From IMG/VR virus record IMGVR_UViG_3300029690_000340: 64,000 bases of DNA. The stretch is one strand, 5' to 3'. Positions 9,254 to 19,846 of the stretch are shown piece after piece. The translations under genes were made by a program, and so were the position numbers. Numbering within the stretch: the first letter of the stretch is position 1; the number at the start of each line of letters is the position of its first letter. The notes beneath the pieces are model-generated. The model was given only the letters and a program-made list of their open reading frames with translations, made no database searches and was not told the DNA's origin. Source of the stretch: a virus.

Positions 9254-10738
9254 ATGGGCTACGATAAATTCAGCATTGACATCCGAGAGGTTGTCAAACT
9301 GCTTGGCTTAAAGGTGTCTCCGCAATCGGATTTTAATGGGACGTCTTTCAACGTTCGTTGTCCGTTTTGCAATGACACCAAATATCACATGAATATCAAT
9401 ACCGTGAAGAATGCGTATTCGTGTGTGAAGTGCTCCGGAGGTGAGAAGGGGCAAGGAGCGTTGGACCTGTATGCCCGCGTTGCACATGGCGTTCGCTGTG
9501 TTAAGGGACAGAACAGCAGGGAAATGTACCGAAAGCTCTGCGACGACCTGCACATCGAAGCCCCAGTTCGCAGCCGCGTACAGAAAGCACAACTCCCGGA
9601 GGTCGTGGAAATCCACCGCGCCAGCGACGAGGTGGTGGATAAGGCGTATCGGAAGCTCTTGGACATCAAGTTCTTTCAGCTTTCTGACCTGCACCGTGAG
9701 AATCTGCACAGGCGCGGCTTTTCCGATGAAGCGATTGAGCGAAACGGGTATCGAAGCATTTCGGCCGATTTTCCGTGGGTCAACCGTTACTGGAAAGCGA
9801 AGGAGCAGTATCAGAAGCTGATTCCGTCTATTCGCAAGGACAATATCCTCAAGCGCCGTACCCCAGAACGGCTTATCGCAGGTCTCATTGCGGCTTCCAT
9901 CCTTGCCAAATGCGGATGCGAGCTGCGAGGCGTACCCGGTTTTTTCCGGATAGACGGCGTGTGGTGCTTCAACCTTGAGCCGGGGATGCTGATTCCAACG
10001 CGAAATGCGGTAGGTCAAATCGTTGCCCTGCAAGTACGGCGGGATAAACCGTCCGACTGGAACGATTACTGCAAGCGTACCGGCCAGAACAAGGAGTTTC
10101 TTCGGTACATGACCATCTCCGCGAAAGGCCTGCCAGACGGCGTTACCACGGATATCAGTCAGGCGCATTTCCCACTTGGGAACGATAGCCTGGATGACCC
10201 GGAAACCGCTGTCTGCATTACGGAAGGCCCTCTCAAGGCGGATGCAGCAGTTGAATTGAAGGGCAATCGAAAGATGTTTTTCATTGCGCTGCACGGAACG
10301 TCCAATACCAAAACCTTGCCAGCAATTTTCGCATGGCTGAAAGGCAAAGGTGTTGAAACGGTATTCAATGTATTTGACATGGATAAGGTCACAAATGTCA
10401 ATGTCGCAAAGGCGGGAAAGCGTGTTCGAGCTATCGCCGCAGGATACGGCATCAAACTCGCAGAGAAATGCTGGGATGCGGAATATGCACAGCGGAAACT
10501 CAGCGAACTGAATGCCATCTGTTGTGAGCATGGCATTTTCGTTCCGACCACCTTCAACGTGTTCACAGACCTCGCAAATGTTTCTCAGGAGCTTGCAAAG
10601 CGAAATATCCGGCACAGCCGCGTCAAAAACGCAGATGGGCTGGAAGAGAAACACTACTGGTCTGATAAGACCAAGGGAATTGACGACTATCTGTTGTCTA
10701 TCAGGACCGCCACAGGCGGTGAAGGGGCCTCTGCTTAA
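9254..10738 (+). CDS. DNA primase-like protein (CHC2-type zinc finger + Toprim-like region)
   Basis: N-terminal CPFCNDTKYHMNINTVKNAYSCVKCSGGEKGQGALDLYA zinc-binding primase motif. Plasmid/ICE primase context. RBS GAAAGGAG. Confidence 0.5.
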   Translation: MGYDKFSIDIREVVKLLGLKVSPQSDFNGTSFNVRCPFCNDTKYHMNINTVKNAYSCVKCSGGEKGQGALDLYARVAHGVRCVKGQNSREMYRKLCDDLHIEAPVRSRVQKAQLPEVVEIHRASDEVVDKAYRKLLDIKFFQLSDLHRENLHRRGFSDEAIERNGYRSISADFPWVNRYWKAKEQYQKLIPSIRKDNILKRRTPERLIAGLIAASILAKCGCELRGVPGFFRIDGVWCFNLEPGMLIPTRNAVGQIVALQVRRDKPSDWNDYCKRTGQNKEFLRYMTISAKGLPDGVTTDISQAHFPLGNDSLDDPETAVCITEGPLKADAAVELKGNRKMFFIALHGTSNTKTLPAIFAWLKGKGVETVFNVFDMDKVTNVNVAKAGKRVRAIAAGYGIKLAEKCWDAEYAQRKLSELNAICCEHGIFVPTTFNVFTDLANVSQELAKRNIRHSRVKNADGLEEKHYWSDKTKGIDDYLLSIRTATGGEGASA

Positions 10739-10757
10739 CGCAGAGGCTCTTTTTTTG
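10727..10757 (+). terminator. rho-independent terminator
   Basis: GCCTCTGCTTAACGCAGAGGC hairpin (the stop codon sits in the loop) followed by TCTTTTTTT. Confidence 0.6.
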
Positions 10758-10959
10758 CGCTCACGACCTTCTTAAAGTGTTGCCCATGTGTGGTATAAGG
10801 AGGAGGCCTGAATTTTGACTTTTTGAGAAAGGGTGGGAAAGTTAGACTAAGAGGAGCGCCGCGTCAAGCACCTCTGGCCCGGAGCTGGATTCCCCATGTG
10901 GGTGAGGGATTTGACTTTGAGCGAAAAATATTCTGGGCGCGAGACAGGAGCGATTTTTC

Positions 10960-11374
10960 TATGATGAATAGCAATCTCGAACAAATTCAAGAGAGACAGC
11001 GCGTCCGCGCCCGCATCGTTTCTTTAGCAACGGTCGTGTGCCTGACGGCTGCTATGTTTACCGTCACCGCTTTTGCGGCGAATACTGAAACCGCGCAGGG
11101 CTTCCAGCAAATCACGTCGGCCGGCAAGACCATTCTGAAGGGCATCTGGGATATGCTGCAAGCGATTACCGCGCCTCTGGCTCTGGTCGGCATTGGCTTC
11201 AATGTTGTGAAGGCTCTGCTCGGTACGGAAAAGGGTATGGAAAAGTGCAAGGACAACATCATCAAGATTCTGTTTGTTGTTGGCGTCATCTTCCTTGCTC
11301 CGCTGTTCGTTACGACCGTTACCGGCGCGATTGGCAATATTGCTGACAACTCCACGAACCAAATCTTTGGTTGA
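10960..11374 (+). CDS. Maff2-family / VirB2(TrbC)-like small membrane protein of conjugative elements
   Basis: About 138 aa. Signal/TM segment, AAxTE motif region, C-terminal hydrophobic helix (ILFVVGVIFLAPLFVTTVTGAIG). Partial conserved promoter (TGTGTGGTATAAG) upstream at ~10787-10799. Confidence 0.5.
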
Positions 11375-11560
11375 TAGCTCAGGCTGTTGAGTAGGTCATC
11401 CACTGCGTTTGCTTTGTGGTTGTCAATATAGAGAGAGCTTGTCAGGAGTCCGGCCCACACCGGATTCCGCAAGCCCTCTTTTGTTTTCTATTTTCGGAAA
11501 GGAGGACGGGCAGTTCTTCCGCCGGCTTTGTAGGGCGGGGGTATCCTTGCCCTATTTTTT

Positions 11561-11971
11561 ATGGATGAACGAATTCATAGATTTTTGATTCCCATTTTAG
11601 TAGCTCTCTGCATCGTGTCGGTCAGCCTGACGCTTTCTGCGCCTGTGTTTGCGGCAGACCCGTGGTCCCCGGATGTAGAGTTTGGTACGAATGTATCTGG
11701 TTCGTCTATGCGGGAGTATCGGGACCGCATCAGCGCAACCTACAAATTTATTCTCAGCATGGCAGCCCCATTCGCACTTGTCACGATTACTGTCGGGGGC
11801 CTTATTGCTTTTTTTGGGTCTGAGAAAGATGCGGAAAGGGGCTTCTCCATGATAAAGATGTCCCTGATTGCGCTCATGGCGTTGTACTTATTGCCGCTGG
11901 TCATTTCAGCAGCATACAACTCGTTGAACGGGGTCAAATGGGACCCCGCACATCCAGATTTTACTTGGTGA
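11561..11971 (+). CDS. small secreted/membrane protein, possible pilin-like T4SS component
   Basis: Signal peptide (ILVALCIVSVSLTLSAPVFAADPW) and two C-terminal hydrophobic helices. Size and position fit a VirB2-like subunit. Weak RBS. Confidence 0.3.
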   Translation: MDERIHRFLIPILVALCIVSVSLTLSAPVFAADPWSPDVEFGTNVSGSSMREYRDRISATYKFILSMAAPFALVTITVGGLIAFFGSEKDAERGFSMIKMSLIALMALYLLPLVISAAYNSLNGVKWDPAHPDFTW

Positions 11972-12000
11972 CGGCAGCGGAAGTGGAGGTGAAATAGCTC

Positions 12001-14646
12001 ATGCTCGAAACTATATTTTCCTGGCTGCTCAGTGCGGTCGGAGAAGGATTGCAGTTGTTTGTCAATTTCTTTTTCGGCAATGGAAACGATGGGGGTCTCC
12101 TGAATTTTACCCTGGGAGACCTTTATCAGAATTTTCCATATTTCGGTACAGCCTATGCGGTTCTACAAGCCTGCGGGCTGGGATTGGTTCTTGCCATTGC
12201 GGCTGTCAATTTGTTCAAAGTATTCCTTGGCAGCCTGTCCAAAGCGCAGGATACTCCTACGCAAATCCTTGTTCGAGCCGCACTCGCCACGGTTCTCATT
12301 TATCTCGGCGGCTATCTTCTTTCCGCAGTTGTGGGAATCGCGAAAGTCCCATACGACATCTTTGTTGGGTCTGACGCTATCACCCATCATTTTGGCATAC
12401 CCGACAGTCTCTTAACAGACTTGTCAGTTGCCGTAGGTGTCGGAGCTGCTGGGCTGCTTGTCTCACTCGTTCTAATCATTGCGATTGCATGGAACCTTAT
12501 CAAGCTGTTGCTGGAGTGTGTTGAGCGATACCTGATGGTCGGCGTTCTTGTTTATACATCGCCTCTCATTTACCCGTTCCTGTCCTCTGCCGCGACGGCT
12601 ACTGTATTTCAACGATGGGTAGGAATGTTCTGCGGTGAATGCGCCCTGATGTCGCTCTCCGTACTCTTTACCAAACTGTCTATTTCCGCACTCAGTTCAA
12701 CGAGCGGAGGAAACTCCGTTATTGCAAAGCTGATTATGTGCCTGACCATGTGCAAAATCGCACAGCGGGTGGATTCCTATATGCAGCAACTCGGCATCGG
12801 TGTTCCGACGACCGGAGAAGGCATTCTTGGAAACGCTATGGCAGTCGGCTATGCACTCAAGCACGCATTTGGCGGTACAGCTCAGAAGGCATCCAAAGGA
12901 GACGCTCTTTCCGGCAACAACAGCACGTTCGGCAATCTCTTTCGTGGGAAGCGAGCGTACAATGACGCATTCGCTCAGGGGAATAGTCCGGCGGACAGCC
13001 GTGCCGCGAGAAAGGCGGCCAGGGATTACGCGAAAACTCCTGCTGGAGACTGGGGCATGAACCAGTTCACCCCCCGCAATGCAAACGCTGTGGCAACGGC
13101 AAAACGCTCTCAGGAAAGTGCCGCCGCATGGCAGGAGAAGGTCCAGCGGCAGAGCGGACCCGTCGGAGAGAACGGTGGAGGCCGTACAGGTCAACAGGAT
13201 TTCCAGGACAATGCCAAGAAGATGGGTATGTCTGCACAGCAGTTTGCCCGCATGAATTTGGAGACAAACGGTGCAGGTTGTGCCTTGATTGGACCCGACG
13301 GCGACAACAAAGCCAATTTCGAACTGTCTCCGGAAGCCAAAAATGCTGGCCTGATGACCTCGTTTCCGTTTGGGGATGACAAGGACGGAATGCTGGTTGG
13401 CCCGGACAGCGCTGTGGCCGCGCATATTCAGGATAACTTTGATAAGGCCGAATTGACTGATTTTGCTCCGGACACGGAGTTCCATGACGTCAATCCCGCC
13501 AGCCTATCTCCGGAAAATCTGGAAAATATGAAGGCGCAGCAGGAAGACTCGACCAATGCGTATCAGAGCACGCTTGCGAATACGCTCGCGCATGGCTCTC
13601 CTGTTGTCGCGCAGGAAGTCCTTTTCAACGACAGAAAGAATATTTCTGGCAACGATACGCTTGCGCAGGCAGCACTCTCCAATACTTTCGGAGAAAATCT
13701 CCGCGTAGGCGACCAGTCCGGCACGGCGGCGGCCAGTCGCCTCAGTAATATCCGTGCAGAGACACAGCCCCTATACACTGATGAAGCAGGGAATCAGTGG
13801 GGCGGCGGCCGAGTGGTCAGCGGTCTCTGCGCCGTTCCCGGCAGTTCCGGCCGCACCTATGAGGACGGAACGGAAGTCCCGAAGTTCAAGCGTCTGGAAA
13901 TCATGGACGAGACTGCCTATAAGCAGATGTCCTCTATCCAGCAGGCTCAGATGCAGCAGATTCCCTCGAAGAACGGGGAGATTTTCTATGCGAGAGCAAT
14001 GGATGTGGACCAGACTCAGGGCAGCGTCGAAGATTGGTCTCGCGCTGTTCAGGAGGGCGGCGGACTTCAGGATATCGAGAACCCCAGATTTGAGCAGGGC
14101 AGACCTGTCGCACAGAATATTGCCGCAAGTACGCGGTATGAGCCGCGTACGGACGATTCTCTGCCGAATGCCGGCAGAGGAACAGAAAGTTCCCGCACTC
14201 ACGAGACTCCTTCCGGCGGCGGAGAGACGCGCACTTATGAGCGTCGTTCCGAAGACGCAGGTGGTGCCGCAGGCGGTGAGCGTCGTACTTACGAGACTCC
14301 CTCCGGCGGTGGAGAAGCCCGCTCATACGAACCTCCCGCCAGAGATGCGGGTGGTGCTTCGGGCGGAAGTGACGGTGAACCTCGGACCGTCACACAAAAC
14401 ACCATCATCAATCAGCCTCCCAGCTATACGCCTGCACAGCGTATCGAAGTCATCAACAACCAGTCGTCCGGTACGCCGGCTTCCGGTACGCCGCAGACAC
14501 CTTCTTCTCCGGAATCTGCCCCGCGCAGCGAAGGCAGGCAGCGGGATGACGGCTCCCGCAATGGCGGAGGAGGCCCCAAGCCGGAGGAACAGGGCAAGGG
14601 CAAGAAGCCTCCTCGCGTAGGTCCCTTGCGCAACAAGCAAAAGTAA
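12001..14646 (+). CDS. VirB6/TrbL-like polytopic T4SS membrane protein with long low-complexity C-terminal tail
   Basis: N-terminal ~300 aa has multiple TM helices. C-terminal half is G/S/E/R/T/P-rich with an imperfect tandem repeat (TYETPSGGGE..R.YE...DAGGA.GG) around 14200-14340. Confidence 0.55.
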   Translation: MLETIFSWLLSAVGEGLQLFVNFFFGNGNDGGLLNFTLGDLYQNFPYFGTAYAVLQACGLGLVLAIAAVNLFKVFLGSLSKAQDTPTQILVRAALATVLIYLGGYLLSAVVGIAKVPYDIFVGSDAITHHFGIPDSLLTDLSVAVGVGAAGLLVSLVLIIAIAWNLIKLLLECVERYLMVGVLVYTSPLIYPFLSSAATATVFQRWVGMFCGECALMSLSVLFTKLSISALSSTSGGNSVIAKLIMCLTMCKIAQRVDSYMQQLGIGVPTTGEGILGNAMAVGYALKHAFGGTAQKASKGDALSGNNSTFGNLFRGKRAYNDAFAQGNSPADSRAARKAARDYAKTPAGDWGMNQFTPRNANAVATAKRSQESAAAWQEKVQRQSGPVGENGGGRTGQQDFQDNAKKMGMSAQQFARMNLETNGAGCALIGPDGDNKANFELSPEAKNAGLMTSFPFGDDKDGMLVGPDSAVAAHIQDNFDKAELTDFAPDTEFHDVNPASLSPENLENMKAQQEDSTNAYQSTLANTLAHGSPVVAQEVLFNDRKNISGNDTLAQAALSNTFGENLRVGDQSGTAAASRLSNIRAETQPLYTDEAGNQWGGGRVVSGLCAVPGSSGRTYEDGTEVPKFKRLEIMDETAYKQMSSIQQAQMQQIPSKNGEIFYARAMDVDQTQGSVEDWSRAVQEGGGLQDIENPRFEQGRPVAQNIAASTRYEPRTDDSLPNAGRGTESSRTHETPSGGGETRTYERRSEDAGGAAGGERRTYETPSGGGEARSYEPPARDAGGASGGSDGEPRTVTQNTIINQPPSYTPAQRIEVINNQSSGTPASGTPQTPSSPESAPRSEGRQRDDGSRNGGGGPKPEEQGKGKKPPRVGPLRNKQK

Positions 14647-14746
14647 CACCACAAATCCACCCGCCGTCCAGCATTTTCACCGGGCGGCGGGTGGCGGTAT
14701 AGGACACAATCATTAAGCTCATTACAACACGGAAAGGAGTGATTTT

Positions 14747-16072
14747 ATGGATGACAGAAACGAAAAAGTCTCCGATTCCGTAGAACGGGATATACAAGGA
14801 GCGGTAAAAATGGGTGCGGATGCCGCGAGAACCGCCAAAACATTAGGTAAAGCCGCTGCACACGCTGCGGCCGGCGATGTGGCAGGAGCGGCAGCAGAAG
14901 TAGTAAAGGACCCGGAAACGCTCAAAAAAATTCTCCTTATCTTGTTGATACCTGTCATATCTTTCGTGCTGATTACGACCATGTTCCTGTATGCGTTGCC
15001 TATCTCCATTTACGAGGGTGTATCGACTTATTTTGCGGATATTGAAGAGCAGTGGGAATCTGACGTCTACGGCTCTGACAAAAGCACCTTTGTGGCCGGA
15101 GTCGAGGCAACGCTAAAGGCAGGCGTAAGATTGTCTGGAGAAGGGCTGTCCCGTATCGGAGACGCTGTTTCCGGTTGGTTCCGCAGTATCTGGAATGGCT
15201 TACAATCTTGGTTCACAAAAGATGATGCCGTTGACGATGAATCAGACATTCTGACGGAAGACGGATATGAATTGTACGTCACAATGAACGAAGCAAACGA
15301 AAAAACAACTCTTGATGAAAAGGTTTCTGCTGCGCAGAAAAAGCTGGACAAACGGGCCGACCAAATTGAGACGGCGATACATAATGCAGAGCCAAGCATC
15401 AACACAAAGCTCGCTCAGATGTATGCCGGAAGCGGTGTTTGGGACGGGGCAACTGTCTGCGTAGTGAAATCGCCGACCACCAAGAGTGATGCCATTAAGC
15501 TGCTCTCCGCCTACACCGTGATGAAAGCCGGCTCTCTGGATAATCAGAAGTTGTCAGATTTCATGAAATGGCTTGGCTACTATAAGACCTTTGCCGGAAA
15601 CGGCGTTTCTTTCAATATTGGAGGCACAAGCGGTGTCAATGGCTACGCCAAGACCTGGTGCGGCACTTTTATGCCGCAGTATCTGGAAGAGCAGATGAAA
15701 CAGGATATTACGGAAAAGAGCATGGAGATTGCACAGGCGGGGACGTTGAGCAGCAATGAAGACTATGCAAGGGATATTCGTGAGGAATATGAGAACCACA
15801 TGGCTCCGGCAGCAGACCTGCTGTTTGTTGTAACGTCCCCTGATTTTTCTGACTCTTCCGCCATCAATTTAACATCGTATGTTGATGATGACGGTATCAC
15901 ACATTATTCTGCTTATTTTTCAGTAACTATCTCCATGCGTTCCATAGACGAATTGGCAACAGATATCATGGGCTTCTGGAGTGGAGATTTGAGTGGCATT
16001 GGAGTTTCACAGTCGGAAGACGATACTGCTCAGGAACCCGAAGATGAACTTGAAGAAGAACCCACAGCATAA
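14747..16072 (+). CDS. hypothetical membrane protein, probable T4SS component
   Basis: One TM segment (ILLILLIPVISFVLITTMFLYALPI). Sits between the VirB6-like and hydrolase genes. RBS GGAAAGGAG. Confidence 0.35.
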   Translation: MDDRNEKVSDSVERDIQGAVKMGADAARTAKTLGKAAAHAAAGDVAGAAAEVVKDPETLKKILLILLIPVISFVLITTMFLYALPISIYEGVSTYFADIEEQWESDVYGSDKSTFVAGVEATLKAGVRLSGEGLSRIGDAVSGWFRSIWNGLQSWFTKDDAVDDESDILTEDGYELYVTMNEANEKTTLDEKVSAAQKKLDKRADQIETAIHNAEPSINTKLAQMYAGSGVWDGATVCVVKSPTTKSDAIKLLSAYTVMKAGSLDNQKLSDFMKWLGYYKTFAGNGVSFNIGGTSGVNGYAKTWCGTFMPQYLEEQMKQDITEKSMEIAQAGTLSSNEDYARDIREEYENHMAPAADLLFVVTSPDFSDSSAINLTSYVDDDGITHYSAYFSVTISMRSIDELATDIMGFWSGDLSGIGVSQSEDDTAQEPEDELEEEPTA

Positions 16073-16093
16073 CGCGAGGAAAGGAGGCTCTGC

Positions 16094-17419
16094 ATGACTA
16101 CCCATATCTGGAAAAAGATGCTTTCCTCACTGCTGTGCGGTATTCTCTCGGTATCCTGCATGACAGCTACCGTATTTGCCATTGACGGCAAGAGCGTAAG
16201 CGGCGCATTTGGTGAGCACTGGGATGAAGTCCAGGAATCGTATGAAACCTCCTTCGGCTGGGACTATAATAAGCATCTTGAGAAGGACTGGACGGATGAC
16301 GACACCGGAAACGAATATGAGCGGCAAGCAGGGTATCAGGAAGAGTGGTATCGGAATAACATTCTGACCACAAAACAATACCTTGGTGTTTCGACTGGAG
16401 AAGGCGGAAATGGCAGCAATATCGTTGAAGTCGCGCTCAGTCAACTTGGCTTGGATGATTCCATTGAAATCCCGCCGAACTCGAATTTTGTCAAATACAA
16501 TGACTGGTACTATGGCAGCCACCGTTCCGGACAGTGGTGCGCGGCGTTCGTCTCTTGGTGCGCAAATGAATGTGACCTTTTGGAAAATACAATTCCAAAG
16601 GATGCCAGTTGTTCAAGTATGTTTAAGAAACTCACGGGCAGATACGGCTACGCATACTATCCTGTTCGAAGCACAACACCGTTCGGTGGTTCTTATACAC
16701 CTGTTCCGGGCGACCTTATGTTTTTTTCAGAGACTGGTAATCTAAGGTTGGCTAAGCCTTTTAATCACATCGGCATCATTGTTGAGGTGGATGAAACCGG
16801 ATGGTACACGGTCGAGGGCAACACAACTGGCGGCGGGCAAATCCCAGGCGGCGGCGTTGCAAAAAACCACTATACAGCATCGACCACATACAAAGCCGCG
16901 AAGAACGGCTATATCGTTCATGTAGAATATCCTGAAACAGCATTTTCGGAAATCCAGGGCGGCACCAACAAGGAGAAGGTGTTCTCCTTCCTGACAGAAG
17001 AACTTGGCCTGAACAATGCTGCCGCCTGCGGGGTTATGGCAAATATCCAAAATGAATCTGGTTTTAACCCGGCAAGACATGAGGATAAAAACGCATACGG
17101 AGATGGACTGGGAGAAGGTTATGGTTTATGCCAGTGGTCCTATAGCAGAAAGACATCACTACTGAGCTTTTTGCAGGAAAACGGTTTTGCTGAGGACTCT
17201 ATAGACGGACAACTCTGGTTTTTCAAGACCGAAATCGAATCTTCGGAGCGTACAGCGTGGAATGCCATCAAGGACCTGCCTAATACATCAGATGGCGCGT
17301 ATGAGGCCGGACGCCTGTGGTGCCTGAAATTTGAGCGTCCGCGTGATGGTGTCGGAGATTCTGTGGAGCGAGGCAATCTCGCGCAAAATACATACTGGCC
17401 CGCTTACGGCGGACGGTGA
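16094..17419 (+). CDS. cell-wall hydrolase: CHAP domain + lysozyme-like (VirB1-like) domain
   Basis: Signal peptide. CHAP catalytic Cys context SGQWCAAFVSWCANECD. C-terminal NAAACGVMANIQNESGFNP...GLCQWSY lysozyme-like/lytic transglycosylase region. Typical of Gram-positive conjugation loci. Confidence 0.7.
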   Translation: MTTHIWKKMLSSLLCGILSVSCMTATVFAIDGKSVSGAFGEHWDEVQESYETSFGWDYNKHLEKDWTDDDTGNEYERQAGYQEEWYRNNILTTKQYLGVSTGEGGNGSNIVEVALSQLGLDDSIEIPPNSNFVKYNDWYYGSHRSGQWCAAFVSWCANECDLLENTIPKDASCSSMFKKLTGRYGYAYYPVRSTTPFGGSYTPVPGDLMFFSETGNLRLAKPFNHIGIIVEVDETGWYTVEGNTTGGGQIPGGGVAKNHYTASTTYKAAKNGYIVHVEYPETAFSEIQGGTNKEKVFSFLTEELGLNNAAACGVMANIQNESGFNPARHEDKNAYGDGLGEGYGLCQWSYSRKTSLLSFLQENGFAEDSIDGQLWFFKTEIESSERTAWNAIKDLPNTSDGAYEAGRLWCLKFERPRDGVGDSVERGNLAQNTYWPAYGGR

Positions 17420-17433
17420 GGAGGTAAGTGACC

Positions 17434-19704
17434 ATGACTCAACAACAGCAGAATCTGATTCGCAGACTGAAAATCGCATTGTTGGTAGTCCTCATATTGT
17501 CTATTTACATGACGGGGATTGTTCTCAGCATTTCCGTAGTGAAGTCCACGCTCAACCCGTTCCGTTTGATTCGCCTCTTCGGTGAGTACGGCTTTCCGTG
17601 GAAAATGTTCCTTGGCTGTTTTCTTTTCATCGGTATTGCCATTTCCATCCTGATGGCATACTCCGTTTCCGAGGAAGCGGGTGTCGATAAGATGGGTCGC
17701 TTGTTTTCCATGGCGATTGGCCGCAAGACATACGGAGAAGCGCACTTTGAGGACCCGAAAGAATACGAGGATGTCGCTATCATCCAGCATGAGCCGCAGG
17801 CAGTTGGCACTATCCTCGGACAACTGGACGAGACAGGCCGCTACCCCATTGTATTCCGAGAGGATAAGATGAACCGTGCGAACCGGCACATTGCCGTCAT
17901 CGGCGCGTCAGGCTGCGGCAAGACCTATACCTTTACAAAGAACTACGCTTTCCAGGCGGTAAAGCGCCGGGAGTCCCTGATATTCACAGACCCGGACGGC
18001 GGCCTTTACGCAGATATGGCAAGGTACTTCATGGACAACGGATATGTCGTGCGACGCTTCGACCTGCACAATATCAGCAAAAGTGACGGCTGGAATTGCA
18101 TGGACTCGCTTTTGGCAGACCCAGAACGTATTGGCGAAAATGCAGAGATTTTTGCAAATGTTATCATTTCCAACGCCGGAGGGAGTGCCGGCATTTACGA
18201 GAGCGGACCGAAATCTCTTCTGAAGGCGCTCCTTCTGCGCGTTGCGCTTGGACATGACTACCCGCCTGAGAAGAAAAATATCAACTCTGTCCATCAGATG
18301 CTCAAGAACCCAGGGGGAGAGGCTTATCTGGATATGATGTTTGACCCGGACAGTCTTACGCCGGAGGAACAGCCCTGCGTCGGGCCGTACATGACCTTCA
18401 AGCAGTCCTCACCGAATCTTCGCGGCAACCTCATTGTGAACCTTGCGGCAGATATCGGGGTTATGGATGACGCAAAAGTGCGGACGCTGCTCTCCACCCC
18501 CTGCATTGATATGTCTCTTCCCGGAAAGCAGCCTTGCGCTTATTTCTGCATTTTCCCTGACAGCCATGACACCTACAAATTCATCGTGTCCCTGTTCTTC
18601 TCCATGCTGTTCATTACCCTTATCAACGACGCGGATAATAACGGCAAGGACCGTATGCTCGATGTCCCTGTTGATTTCCTGCTGGACGAGTTTCCGTCCA
18701 TCGGTACGATTCCGGATTTTGACCGAAAAATGGCGACGATTCGAAAGCGTGCCATGAATGTCTGCATGATATTTCAAGACATCACCCAGCTTCAGAACAA
18801 CTACCAGACAACCTGGGCAACCCTCCTGAGTAACTGCTCGACATTAGTGAGCCTTGGTATCAACGACGAATTTACCGCGAAAATGGTGTCCTCTCGTATC
18901 GGTGATACGACCGTAAACGTCCGGACCAACCAGCATAAGGCGATGGAAACGCTGCTGAAAAACAACGAGTTTCTTCACAACTGGTCATCTGGTGAAGGTA
19001 AGCGTGCGCTGGTGGGGCTGGATGAAGCATTTAAGATGGGGAAGAACGACAGCATCATTATCTTTCAGGGGCATAACCCTATACTTGCGAAAAAATACCC
19101 CCACACGCTCCATACGGACGCCAAGAAACTCAGCAATTTTGATTTCCGTGAAATCCCACCCATCACCGACAAAGAGGGGCGAGAGCTATTTTATCAGCGG
19201 CAGCAAAATATTCTGGACGCTTTCAATATCACGCATCCGCACATCAACGAGGTAGACCGTTCGTACACAGGGATGTGCAACTCGATACCAGTACAAAGCA
19301 TTTGGGAAGAGAGCAAGGATGCCGTTATTGCATACGTCAAGGAGATAAATAAGAAAGGCTCCGATGACGATGTGATAGAAGTCGAGGACTGCGGTGATGA
19401 ATACATCGAGGTAGACGAGACAGACGAGGAGCAGGCGGTCGAACCTTCAGTACCACCTGCGCAACAGGAGCCGGTACTGTCCGTTGACGCAAAGCCGAAC
19501 GCAGATATCGACTTGGAAAGCACCGAGGACGAAACAGAACCGCAGCAGGAAGTCACAAGCAAGCCGAAGGAAGCCCCCACGCCTGCCGAAGCGAAAGAGG
19601 TAGCGCAGGGTGGGAAGCGCCCAGCACTGCCGAAGCGCAGCTTCAGTTCTACGCCGACTACAGGGAAACCGAGAATGTCGGGGAAGCTGCCGGGGATGCG
19701 GTAA
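17434..19704 (+). CDS. type IV coupling protein (VirD4/TraG/TcpA-like ATPase)
   Basis: N-terminal TM helices. Walker A HIAVIGASGCGKTYTF. Walker B region VDFLLDEFPSIG. Acidic C-terminal tail. ATG at 17434 after GAGGAGG. Confidence 0.75.
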   Translation: MTQQQQNLIRRLKIALLVVLILSIYMTGIVLSISVVKSTLNPFRLIRLFGEYGFPWKMFLGCFLFIGIAISILMAYSVSEEAGVDKMGRLFSMAIGRKTYGEAHFEDPKEYEDVAIIQHEPQAVGTILGQLDETGRYPIVFREDKMNRANRHIAVIGASGCGKTYTFTKNYAFQAVKRRESLIFTDPDGGLYADMARYFMDNGYVVRRFDLHNISKSDGWNCMDSLLADPERIGENAEIFANVIISNAGGSAGIYESGPKSLLKALLLRVALGHDYPPEKKNINSVHQMLKNPGGEAYLDMMFDPDSLTPEEQPCVGPYMTFKQSSPNLRGNLIVNLAADIGVMDDAKVRTLLSTPCIDMSLPGKQPCAYFCIFPDSHDTYKFIVSLFFSMLFITLINDADNNGKDRMLDVPVDFLLDEFPSIGTIPDFDRKMATIRKRAMNVCMIFQDITQLQNNYQTTWATLLSNCSTLVSLGINDEFTAKMVSSRIGDTTVNVRTNQHKAMETLLKNNEFLHNWSSGEGKRALVGLDEAFKMGKNDSIIIFQGHNPILAKKYPHTLHTDAKKLSNFDFREIPPITDKEGRELFYQRQQNILDAFNITHPHINEVDRSYTGMCNSIPVQSIWEESKDAVIAYVKEINKKGSDDDVIEVEDCGDEYIEVDETDEEQAVEPSVPPAQQEPVLSVDAKPNADIDLESTEDETEPQQEVTSKPKEAPTPAEAKEVAQGGKRPALPKRSFSSTPTTGKPRMSGKLPGMR

Positions 19705-19721
19705 TATCAGCACAGGCCACA

Positions 19722-19754
19722 GGCACGCCAGCATTTCGTTGGCGTGCCTTTTTG
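19722..19754 (+). terminator. rho-independent terminator
   Basis: GGCACGCCAGCATTTCGTTGGCGTGCC hairpin + TTTTTGC. Confidence 0.6.
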
Positions 19755-19791
19755 CTTGCGCCGTTGTATGTAATGTCACTTCATTCGATAC

Positions 19792-19820
19792 TTTACAAAT
19801 AAGATAAAGTGTGGTATAAT
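19792..19820 (+). promoter_or_regulatory. conserved sigma-70-type promoter (TTTACA-N17-TGGTATAAT, extended -10)
   Basis: Member of the five-copy promoter family ...AAG(C/A)TAA(T/A)GTGTGGTATAAT. Drives the signal peptidase operon. Confidence 0.55.
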
Positions 19821-19846
19821 ATAAGCGTAAAGAAGAGGTGATTCCA

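Noticed and set aside
12697-14326. Several 130-260-aa minus-strand ORFs inside the VirB6-like gene
   Set aside because: Overlap a well-supported + strand gene in a GC-rich low-complexity region. No start or RBS signals.
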